Assembly: GCA_021613535.1 (NCBI GenBank)
Contig: CP075495.1
Coordinates: 13,950,001 to 14,014,000 of the forward strand
Reading direction: 5' to 3'
DNA: 64,000 nucleotides
From: Adineta vaga
Lineage: Eukaryota; Animalia; Rotifera
The notes beneath the pieces are model-generated. The model was not told the origin of the DNA. It saw nothing but the letters and a program-made list of their open reading frames with translations, and did no database searches. This document shows, piece by piece, positions 13,859 through 25,411 of the stretch. The first letter of the stretch is position 1. Each line of letters starts with the position of its first letter. Made by a program: the position numbers and the translations under genes.

Positions 13859-16255
13859 GTACTCGCAGTATCGTAATCTCGATGTGTGGATGAGTGTGTA
13901 TGTATATGCAAGCACACAATAAAAATCTCTTCTCAATCCTTTTTTTTTGACGACATTTTTATGATGCGATCTTCTTTCGTAATATATAACAAAAAAGACA
14001 ATCAACAAAGCCTAGTGAGCGCACATACATGAACTTCCCAAGAGATTTTTTAACTTTGATTGTACTACGTAGTTCTAATCGTCATGGGATGACACATTAA
14101 AATCACTTTGCAATCGCCGTTTCTTTCCTTCTTCTTCTTCTTCTTCTCTCTATCACATCTAACATTATCTCATATGCATCATTAGCGATTGACGAATAGT
14201 TGTTGTTGATGATGATGATTATATAAAAATTTGCTTTCATCATGTTATTCTTCAACACCTCTTTGCCAATAATTATATAGTCTTCTTCTTTTTCTTAAAT
14301 TTTTTTTCTCATTCTATTCGATTTAATTGGTCTGAAGTGTTATTCTACTGATTGACTCATTTCTATTTCCACATCTTTTAAATCAACTAACGAAGTAAAT
14401 TAGAACTAGTCAATGTCGACAGTGATCATCATTGAATAACTAATTCATTGTTGCATGCAGACAAATAAAAAAGGCGTGGTGATGTTCCAATAACGGATGA
14501 GCAGGTGTATATAGATACATTAGATCTAAATCTTGACCTTAGGCCTTTGATTTTGATATATAAAGAATAGATGTCTGATTATAATAAATTCGTATTGGTA
14601 ACTTTTCGAGAAAGAAGAAAAAAGAAAAGAGACAAGAGTTCTCTCTTGTGACATGTTTTATAAGCGAGAAAAATGTCTCTTATTCTTTTCTCTTATTCTT
14701 TATTTCTTTATTCATATTGTAGACTAAACGTTCAAAGACGATATTGCTTGCATGTTCATATACTCGAAGTATTCGATTCATGACATGTTCATTAAAAATA
14801 AATTAGAAAATCACTAAATCATTCTTTTCTTCTTACTTATACGAACAGTTGGTATCTCTCAACCAGAAAAAAAACAAGAAAGAAAGAAAGAAACAAGAAA
14901 AAAATCCTGCAAACAACATCACTAACATTCTTCCGGTAAGTATCATCATTAGTGATTGTGTGTTCAATTAATTTTCCCTTCTTTTTTTTGTCTAGTTAGG
15001 TCTTCATCTACTTCTCTTAGTCTAAGACGTTTTTCTTTTTCGAAGATCGGAATATAGGATAGACTTAAGTAAAACAAAAAATTAATCATTCATTCAATTG
15101 TGCTTCCTGAAAAGAGAAAACTTATTTATTCTTCATGCACAAATTTGAATTAAATGCATCGTATATATACATACAGACATGAATTCATCGATCTTATTGT
15201 CACTAACCTCGGGCCTTTGTTGACAGTCTGATCTTTGGTCAGTACTGACTGATTGAAACAAAATAAACGAGAAGAAAAAGAGAGCAATGCGACATAGTAA
15301 TCATCGATCCGGAAAAATCTCTTGACAATGCTAGTGCTGTCCCTAATTCAAGGGCAGTCCATTTTCTTTGGGCAAACACGCGTCTAAGAGAGGTGTTCAA
15401 GTCACTCTATGTTGTGTGAAATTGCATTAGATAAGCGTGCATGCTTTTACACGAGAGATTTTGTTTCATCCTGCTATCCATCTTACTGATTGTATCTCTT
15501 CTTTTCTTTTCTCTTCTTCTTCGTTTTATGCCAATCTAAGTGACTGAATAAGTGAGTAAGTAAGTGAATGACTGACTAATAATAATAAGAAGAAGAAGAA
15601 GAAAAGAAAAGCAAACACAATGTACTAGTGTCATGATGGTAGTATCGATAAGTTGATGAAAAGACAATGATTTCATCTACATGACAAGAAGGTTAATTAC
15701 GTTAGAAAGAGAATCATTTTGATATTGATCTTAATGATGTGAGATTATTTACTCTCAACACATTCTTTTCATAATGAACTGTGAAAATCTATCAATATTC
15801 AACATTTTTCTTACTTTTTTCATGTTTTTTTCTTCTATGATCTGAATTCATTAGAAAATACGACTGTATACTAATATTCATTTTTTTTTGTTTTCGCTAG
15901 AGGATGTGTGCTTGTCACATACATACATCACTAGCAGAGCATCTGTTTAGACAAACTCAATATGCTACATTCCTACTGTTTGATGTTCAGTTATTCTCTT
16001 CCTCCCTATGTATATATATATATATACACGTATTACATATTCCAATTAGTAGCCAGAAGAAAGTATATCATATTCATTTTCTCTATCAAACTGTGTTGAT
16101 TAGTCTAAAGATCTTTCTACTTGTTCTTCTTCTTCTTCGCATATTTTATTTGTCATCCTAGTTAAACAATTAAATCAAAGAATAACATTGATATGTATGT
16201 TATTTTTTCATTTGATAGTTTTAGGTTATTGTGACTAAAGCTCAAGGCATTAATC

Positions 16256-19231
16256 ATGATCAATTATTCATATTTTCTTACTTTATTATTTCTACCAAAT
16301 ATTTTTACATATGATTGTCAAGAAATTTGTAATTTAACTGTATATGTTTATGAAAATACACCGAATAATGAATTACAATGGAATTTAATTGAATTACTTT
16401 CAAATCGAACATCAACATCTTTACCATTTGAACATTATCAATATTCTTTATCTCATTCATCGGATTATTTCGAAATTCATTCACCAGTATTAAAATTTCG
16501 TTCTATTGAATTAGATCGTGAGAAAATTTGTAATAAAATCTTTGTTTCCGATGATGAATGTTCATTACAATTACAAATATTTACTCCCACATCTTTTATT
16601 ATTTTATTTAAATTAATTATATTAGATATTAATGATTGGAAACCCTATTTTCCCAATGAACAAATACATATAATTATACGAGAAAATTTACCAATGAATT
16701 ATCGTGTTCAATTACCAATTGCTTATGATCATGATTCATCGAAATACAATATTGATCATTATGAATTTGTAACAGAAGAAAGATTTCTTCAAGATATTTT
16801 TCAATTAGAACAAATTCATGATGAATTACGATTGAAATTATTAAAAAAACTTGATTGTGAACAAAGAAATAATTATCAATTACAAATCATTGCCATTGAT
16901 AAAGGTGGATTAAAATCAAATATTCTGTAAGTAAAATTCAATCGATATTAAAATGACGTTGTGTTTGTTTCTCTCTCTTTCTCCTTTAGACATGTTAATA
17001 TTACAATTGATGATTTAAATGAATTTCAACCACGTTTTAAACAACGTCTTTATCATGCACGTATACCTGAAGATACACCCGTTTCAAATACATCAATTTT
17101 GAATATTCTTGCAACGGATGATGATTGTTATGATAAAATCATTCTCTATTCACTTCTATCAGGTGATATATCGAATGATTTATTTCCATTTGAAATCAAC
17201 AAATATACAGGTTCAATTTATTTGATTCGAAAACTTGATTATGAAAAAATGTCAACATATCGTTTTCGTGTAAAAGCATCGAATGTTGATAAAATAACTT
17301 CAAGTATTGTTTCAGTTATTATTGATATAACTGATGTTAATGATAATCAACCATTTATACAAATAAATGTTTTAAATGATTATAAATCCAATGATTTCAA
17401 TGAAGAACAAGAAGATTTTATAATTAATCTTAATGAAAATATTCGTCTAGGTCAAGTTATTGGAACAATTTTAGTACGTGATACGGATTCAATGATGGTG
17501 AATAGAAGATTATCAATGAAAATTCTTTCATGTTGGCCATTGAAGAATTCCTGTCCGATTGAATTAGATTCTGGATTTGGTAATAGTGATGAAAATGATA
17601 AAAATACAAATTATATCATTCGAACATCCAGACAATTAGATAGTGAAAATGGTGATGATAAATTTACTGTTATACTCGAAGCGAGTAAGTTTCATATTGA
17701 TCAACGAATTTTTTTGTGATATGTAAATCTTTTTTTTTTCTATTTAAAGGAGATTATGGGAAACCACCATTGATTAGTCAACGTCGTCTATCCATTCGTA
17801 TTTATGATCAAAATGATTGTATACCAAAATTTTCTCAATCAAATTATCAATTTCGTCTTTCCGAATCAACTCCTATCGGTTTTTCGATTGGTCATCTTCA
17901 AGCTATTGATCAAGATCTATCATCAGATTTTCATCAAATTCAATATAAATTCATTACTAATGAAAATAATCATTACATACGAATTGATCCAAATAATGGA
18001 AGCCTTTATCTACTCGAGAAACTTTCGGCAGGTATGTCATTGAATCTTTCTGTTATGGCATTTGATAAACACAATGAATCTTTATATGATCGAACAAATC
18101 TTCAAATCCTTTCCTATGAAGAAAAAGCATGTTTACCAACATTTATCCAAACATTATATGTTTACAATACCACTGAACATCGAACTACTCCGTATGAAAT
18201 CGGTCAAGTTGTTGCTGATAGTTGTTTATCAACATCAATTCCATATTCCTATCATCTTGTCAAAGATAAACTTCCAGATGATTTTCCATTTTCAGTTGAT
18301 AGTCATTATGGACGAATAACAGTTACAAATGAATTAGATCGAGAAAAACAATCATTGTATAGATTTTTTATTGATTCATTTAATCATAAAAATCATCAAA
18401 CAAGTCGAACAGAAGTTCAAGTAAATATTCTCGATGAAAATGATCATTATCCCATATTTGATAATTCAATAAATAATGCTCGAGAACAATTTATTTTTAT
18501 CAATCGAACAACATCATCATCATCATTAACACGTCGTCATGATCAAAATCAAACAATAAATCAAATATTGATTGCAAGAATTCATGCAACAGATAATGAT
18601 CAAGGTTCCAATGGTCTTGTTAATTATTATTTTACACATAATGATAATTATGCTTATTTTCATTTATATTCCAATGGTTCAATTATTTTATACAATCAAA
18701 ATAATCTTCATTTACCTTATCGATTAGAAATCTATGCACGTGATCAAGGTAATCCCGTACCATTTAATTCCAAAGAAAGTATTGTTATCTATGTTTGTGA
18801 TGATCTAAAACGTGAAGAATGTCCTATCGATTATACTTATCCACAACAAGATTGGTTATATACATATGATAATAAGAATTCATTGAAATCAAATCGTTTA
18901 TCAACAAATTTCTATCTTGGATCAATATTTATTATGATATCAATACTTTTATTTGTTGTTATTATTATTTTTTGTATTGTTTGGAATGTCATTATTAAGA
19001 AACAATTTAAAGGTAAACATGAACAAATACATGAAAATGATTTAAAATCACCCATTCAATCATATAATTGTCGAATGGAAGCACGAAAAAATTTACGTAA
19101 GACTAAATGCTTTTCTTTCTGATAATTGATCATTGTTGAAATTGATTGTTTTTCTAGTTGTTTCGGATAGTCTTTGTGATGCATCACCGATCATGAATGA
19201 TAAGCAACGTTTAAAATCTGTTGCTGTTTAA
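16256..19231 (+). CDS. Protocadherin-like protein: signal peptide, ~7 cadherin repeats, TM helix, short tail (4 coding exons)
   Basis: Linkers DINDWKP, DLNEFQP, DVNDNQP, DQNDCIP, DENDHYP; LDRE/LDYE and AxDxG motifs; TM IFIMISILLFVVIIIFCIVW; last exon ~19158-19231 ends ...KSVAV*. Confidence 0.92.
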
Positions 19232-20363
19232 TTTCAATCTAAGAATGATTTAACAAATACAACCCGGTGGTATGGAATGGAGAAAACAAAAAGGAAGACA
19301 ATTTTGATATATCTCAACTATGATAGGTGCTGAATGATGATGATGATGATGATGCCTGACAAGATTTCATAGACGATTCTTTTTCGAAAAGAGAAAAATT
19401 TGTAAATTTGATTGGTTTATTCCGTATTGATTAGTATAGCTTCTCGAAATTCATTCTAGAGAAATAGATAAATGATGTTTATGAATTAGTCAAACATCTA
19501 TAATAGATCGATAACATTCGTAAAGAAACTGAAACATGAGAATTGTAGGAAAATGAAAGTTTTTTTTTTGCTGATGGTGTCTAATCAATATGAATAATCA
19601 ACAAATCATTTTTTTTTCTCTCTTGTATTTGATCATTTCATATTCTTGATTCTTTGTTTTTGTGTACAGTCTTGTCAAACAGTGTGTGCTGTGTTTGATT
19701 TCATTTTAGTTTTTTTTAAAGTAAAATTTTGTTAATTCGTAGTAGAGTGCTTGAAAAATAAATCATTAATTTAATTTGATTGTGCTGTTGAAAACTTCAA
19801 AACAAAAAGGAAACTAATCTTCAAGTTAATTGTTGTCGTTTAAGTCATTTCACAGTTTGATGTACACATAATAAAGATCGACTTGTAAATACCTGCTAAA
19901 TTCAAAATCAAATACCATCTACGTAGAGCTCTAATATCGATTATTGAGATTGTTTATATCGTTTAAAATGATTCCTTAATACCATTTCTTGATCATACAA
20001 TCTGCTTCAGGTTTATTATAGATTTTTCGTCGATCCAATCTAAAAAACAATGAGACGACATTTTTGAAAAAAACATTCTCATGACCATAATTCGTTAGTC
20101 GAGTTTTTTTTTTAGATAAAATGTACTTTTTTGCATTAGTCCACGGCCTTGTCATTTGATTGGATTCCATACGATTCTCCGTGTCAAAAAAGAAAAAGAT
20201 AATATTTAATCACCATATATGCGCAGTTTCTTTTCAACCTATGACAACGAAGAATCAAAGAAAGAACAATACAAAAAAACGCATTTCGATTGAAACATCC
20301 GTCGGTTCTCATAACCCCCGCTTATAAATCCGATGAGAAATAAGTATGGATGGTGTGATGCCC

Positions 20364-20370
20364 TATATAA
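20364..20370 (+). promoter_or_regulatory. Candidate TATA box of the SET gene
   Basis: CCCTATATAAG ~80 nt upstream of ATG 20449. Confidence 0.45.
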
Positions 20371-20448
20371 GTGCAGGATTTTTTTATCATATCTAGCAGC
20401 AAAATTTCATATTCAAATCATAGTTTGATTGGTAACGACAAACAAACG

Positions 20449-21402
20449 ATGGTGTTTTACAAAATGATTCAGATGGTGGACGCCAGTGAAAAATATGGTG
20501 ATGGACAACAAATGATGGTAGCAGCAGAACCCATTGCTGCTGGTGAAAAAATTTGGTGGTGTACATGCGGTGATGATGATTATGTCATGTCTCGAGATGA
20601 GATTTATCATTTAATGGAAACACAACCAGATATAAAAAATTTTCTCTGTTGGTATTCATATATGGTAAGTTTTATGCAATGAAAATATGCGATAGAACTT
20701 TGTTTTAAGTTTCATTTATGATTTCTTAGACTGAGGATGATATGTATATGATTCCTCGTACATTTGCTGCTCAACAAAACAATGATGAATGTGTTTTGTT
20801 CAATCATTCATGTGAACCAAACTGCGGTTTCGATTCCGGTGATGGAAATACAGTTGTTGCTAGTCGAGATATTGCTATTGGCGAAGAATTAACGTATGAT
20901 TATCATTTTCTTGAAACAGAACCATCATTAATTCGTGGTTTGGAATGTAAATGTGAAACACCATCGTGTGTCGGAAGACTCATGTTTGATCGTTATCGTG
21001 AAGAAGAATTCCAAAAACAACACTATGATCATATGTCACCATATTTACAATCACGTGTACGTGAATTAAAAACCAAATGGTATGCAACGAAATGTTTTAC
21101 ACGATCAGCAACACCAATAAAAACGAAATCATTACATGCACTTGAATGGATTCATGCTGGCGAAGTGGTTGCACGTTTTTGCGGCGCAATTACACCTGAA
21201 AATCATTTCATTCGAGCAGTGGATGAAGCAGAAGCAACATGTATTATTGATGAACATAAACAAGTTATTGCCGTATGTGATTTGCCACCAGAAGCAGAAA
21301 TCACATTAAATTATCACGGAAAACTGTAAGTACCTACACGAAATTTCAAATCGAATACTGACTGTTCTCTTTTCTCTCTCTGTCTTTGATTGTAGGTTGT
21401 AA
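20449..21402 (+). CDS. Small SET-domain lysine methyltransferase with post-SET cysteines and a second degenerate SET-like domain (~272 aa; exons 20449-20664, 20730-21325, 21396-21402)
   Basis: FNHSCEPNC, RDIAIGEELTYDY, CKCETPSC; second partial repeat LHALEWIHAGEVV...DLPPEAEITLNY. Confidence 0.88.
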
Positions 21403-22082
21403 TGACAGCCGTGCATGTGTATATCACTTATTTTATCGACTTTACTCAATTCATAGCATATATGCTCGAAGGTCTGATTGGTGACCAAAGAGCACCATTT
21501 CGGTGATGGTGGTTTCGTTACAGAAAAAGTTATTCAAATATCTGGCTCAACAATACCGAGGAACATTCTAGATTTGTGATAACTCTTCTTTTTTTGGTGA
21601 TTGATATCAATAAAAATATGAAAATGCATCATAAACTGATCGTATATACTTGAGAAAAGGCCTACACAATTATCAAAAGAATAGACAGAAGGTTATCGAT
21701 TGTCAATATAACAAAAAAAAACTTATATATCATTGTTATCAACGATAGTTTTACTATATCAATCACCAAGATAACGTATGATCAGTTGAAAACCATTTTT
21801 ACTATTGACTATCAGATTAAAATATCATTTTGAAGAAATTTGATTACATCGGTGCTAACATTCGGGTATTAAAATACATTGTGACCTGAGAAGTAGAGCA
21901 TTCAATTAACAAAAAGAGGTTTTTCGAGAATACATCACAACTAATCACTTATTTTCGTGACAGTAATGTAATTATGAGTAGTAAATTATATATCATGACT
22001 ATTTCTTATAATAATTTTATTCAAAACTAATCATTGAAAAATCTCAAGTTGAATTAAATCGCATTCTATACGTTTGATTGTT

Positions 22083-22778
22083 CTAATCTGATATCCATTC
22101 ATAATCATTAAATTCATATCGACGATTGAACATAATATTGGTTATATCATTATTTAATTTGGCATTTTTTCTATCTAAACAAATTGATATTAATATCGAT
22201 GCAATTGATGGACTAATCGTTTCTGGAATATTTGCTCCACAATTTTTACCCGTTTCAATTAATAAATGATAAAGACTTGGTGATTCATAATTTAAATTTA
22301 AGAATAAATTCAGAATAATTTGTAAATTTTCACAAATAATCGAACAAAAATCAATCGATACAGTTGAAGAATTTTGAAAACATTGCATATGATTATTCGA
22401 AATAACTCGTTGTAAATCAGTACATGTAAATCGAGCAGATATAGTTCGTTCAACTAATTGTTCATCGAGTGATTTCATTAAACAACGATTTGTTTGTTTA
22501 AAATAAACTTGTGCATTTAAATTCAATTTTGAAATATATTTTCTTGTTGATAATAAACAAAATTCATAAGTAAATCGTGTTAGATGATTTTCACGTCCAC
22601 AAAAATAATGCGTATCCAAACATGGATAATATAAACAATTATCTGTACTTAAATATCGTTTACATCGATTGATTTTTTGCACAGATTTCGTATGAGAAAG
22701 AGAAATGAAATAGAATAAAATTAATAAGGGAAAGATTGATTTATAATCTTTAATATATTTTCGAATGTTACACATCAT
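22083..22778 (-). CDS. Secreted cysteine-rich stanniocalcin-like protein (intronless)
   Basis: 231 aa ORF, hydrophobic signal, CLYYPCLDTHYFCG...YEFC...TNRCLMKSL...C...HMQCF...FC spacing resembling the stanniocalcin family. Confidence 0.6.
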   Translation of the reverse strand: MMCNIRKYIKDYKSIFPLLILFYFISLSHTKSVQKINRCKRYLSTDNCLYYPCLDTHYFCGRENHLTRFTYEFCLLSTRKYISKLNLNAQVYFKQTNRCLMKSLDEQLVERTISARFTCTDLQRVISNNHMQCFQNSSTVSIDFCSIICENLQIILNLFLNLNYESPSLYHLLIETGKNCGANIPETISPSIASILISICLDRKNAKLNNDITNIMFNRRYEFNDYEWISD

Positions 22779-23646
22779 TGATTAATCGGGATAGAAGAAT
22801 AAGTGTATGAGAAGAAAAAGACGTCGTATTGAAGAATGAAGGACGGAGAAAAATACATACCCGATATATTATGCACGTTGAAAATTATATGCTTGGGTGA
22901 AGTATGCATCATTTATAAAGTAAATATCGTCTTTGACAAAAATTTTACTGTGAGAGAAATGCTAACTCGCATAGAGTAAACATTTGAAAATATTGTCTTT
23001 AAAGACAGGTTTTATGAAAAGAAATCTTTGACAGATATTGACTTTTATGTAGTTCTATATCAAGAATTTGATTCTGTTGATATACGATAAGACAAGATTG
23101 GAAATTGTTTTGTTTTGCAGATTTTATTAGAGTAAAAGAAGAAAAGAGAATATTTATTAATAGAAGTATATTTAAGATATACTTTTGATTTAATATTGTA
23201 ACTTGGATACCTTCAAAGAACTCTTCAAGTGTGAGAAAGATAAAGAAATCGATAGATAAATATGAGCAAAATATGTCATAAATGAAGAACTAACACTTTC
23301 ATGTTAGAAAACATCTATAATAAATAACTTTATATGACAGTGTGAAGCATTTTTATTCACTAAAAAAGCTAACCAATGATTCAATTAGATCTATAAAATA
23401 AAATAATTAATGAAGAAATCTCTTTTGATTAAAAAGTATTCCATAATATGAAACTAAAAGACCAAAAAAAAACATTTCAAAATCTGAATAACTTTTTTCG
23501 AAGTCTTTATGCTTTCTATAAAGGTTATAAATCACTATGTCGAATTCTTTTTCTTCTTTATTGATTCTTAAAGAGAAAAAAAATTTTGAATTAAAATCCA
23601 ATGACTTGTTTTAGATAAAAAGAACAAACAAATGAAGTAACGAGAA

Positions 23647-24729
23647 ATGACTTCAACAGTATGTCAAAGGAAAAGGTTTAGTTCAAAAATTTAATGATCT
23701 TCTTTAGTCAAGTGCAAAATTGTTGAATTTCGTCGTTTATTTGCTAATGCTCGATCAGCTCTTGTTTTACCCGTGCCGGAATATCAGCTGAATCAGATGT
23801 TCCAACATTTGGTGGTCCTGGAGGATTTTGGAAACAATATCGAGCAACAGTTCACTTATTTTTCTTTCCAAAGGATTTTAGCAACTCAAACAGCATTTTC
23901 ACGTTCACCATCACTTGTTTGGGAATTTTATTATTATCGAAGAGAAATTGTTCGAACAAAAGAACCAAATAAAGTTGGAATTTTCATTTTAAAACGTTTT
24001 TTGAACAGGCTCATTTTGCATTAGCAGAAGCTGAAAAACGATTTCATGTTATTACACAAAATGTTGATGGTAATGATTCCTTTGTTTTATTAATAAATTT
24101 GATTTTCTTTTAAAATAAGGTCTTCATCGTCGTGCTGAAACAAAAAACTTAATTGAAATGCATGGAAATCTTTTTATGGTTCGTTGTACTTCTTGTTCAT
24201 TAATTGAAGAAAATAATTCAAGTCCAATTTGTGCATCTTTAAGAAATCGAGGATAAATTTTTAACGAAGAAGAAAAGAAATATATTTTGGTTAATTAAAA
24301 GATCTCTAGACGTTGATAATAAAGATGATATTGATGAAAAAGATCTTCCATGTCGTCGTAAATGTCAATCACTCCTTCGTCCTCATATTGTTTGGTTTGG
24401 TGAACAAATTTGGGATGATGTTTTAAAAAGAAATTCAATTATGTGATTTATTCTTAGTTGTATGTTTCTTTTTCTTAAATAAAATCAAATTGTTTTCTTT
24501 TAAGATTGGAACATCATCTGTTGTTTATCCGGCTGCTGGTTATGCATCAATTCTTTCAGAAAGAAATATTCCTGTTGTTGAAATAAATATCGAAACAACA
24601 CCATCAGCATCAATTGCAAAGTTTGTGTTTTTAGCATTTTTAATATCGATTTTCTTTAATTTTAGTTATCATTTTCATGGTCCAGCAGCACAAATTCTTC
24701 CTCAATTATTATTAACCAATCAAAAATAA
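23647..24729 (+). pseudogene. SIRT5/CobB-like (class III) sirtuin pseudogene
   Basis: AGISAES.VPTF, VWEFYYYRR (class III YxxR), ITQNVDGLH, EMHGNLF, CTSC, LRPHIVWFGE, IGTSSVVYPAA, EINIETTP; frameshift at ~23770 in the TGAG motif, damaged splice sites, small deletions. Confidence 0.85.
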
Positions 24730-24919
24730 AGTTATTTTATTAAATATTAAAAAGAATGATAAAATATTTTCATTAATAAAAAGATGATCTTGAAAATTGC
24801 ATTTGTATTTTAGTTTGTTTAAAATGTGAATTATTTAATTTTTGAATAATATCAATTGATTGCTGATAATATTCTGTTCAAAGAAAAGCAAAAACTTTTG
24901 CCAGATCAATTAATTAAAT

Positions 24920-25321
24920 CGGTGTGAAGCTAGCACCACGAAACAAAGAATTTTATACAAAATTTATATAAATATGAAGATCTAAGTAAAATGTTTCTCA
25001 ATCGTTTTTCCGTGAATAAAAGTGCCACCATTCGATGTAGAATAAAATTCTGAATCGAATGGACTAATTACGATCGTCGGGAAAACGTTCTGAAGAGCGA
25101 AAGTCTCTCTTAAAGTCCTTTCAGATATCTATATAAAAGACAAAGATCTCTCTGAATTTTCATCAAATGTTTTCCCGTCATTTAAACTAGTTCCAATCGA
25201 CCCAGAATCAAATTCTGCATCGAATGGACTCGTTGTTTTGAACGAGAATTCATTTTTATATAAATTTTGTATACAATTCTTTGTTTCGTGATGCTAGCTT
25301 CATGGTGCTAACTCCACACCG
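24920..25321. mobile_element. ~400 bp foldback non-autonomous DNA transposon (MITE)
   Basis: Ends CGGTGTGAAGCTAGCACC / GGTGCTAACTCCACACCG, ~47 bp near-perfect inverted arms, further internal inverted matches; AT on both sides. Confidence 0.8.
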
Positions 25322-25411
25322 ATCAGAAAATATGTATCATATCATTAGTTATATTAGTAGCTATTATTGGTCTTTTTTTAGGTTCTCATTTAAATAAACA
25401 ACAGTACTTAA

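Noticed and set aside
11669-16161. Several 60-92 aa ORFs in the non-coding interval
   Set aside because: Low-complexity translations of microsatellites and poly-T/A tracts
21490-21516. Small hairpin CACCAT-N7-ATGGTG in the SET gene 3' UTR
   Set aside because: A 6 bp stem is expected by chance; does not fit SECIS, IRE or histone stem-loop consensus
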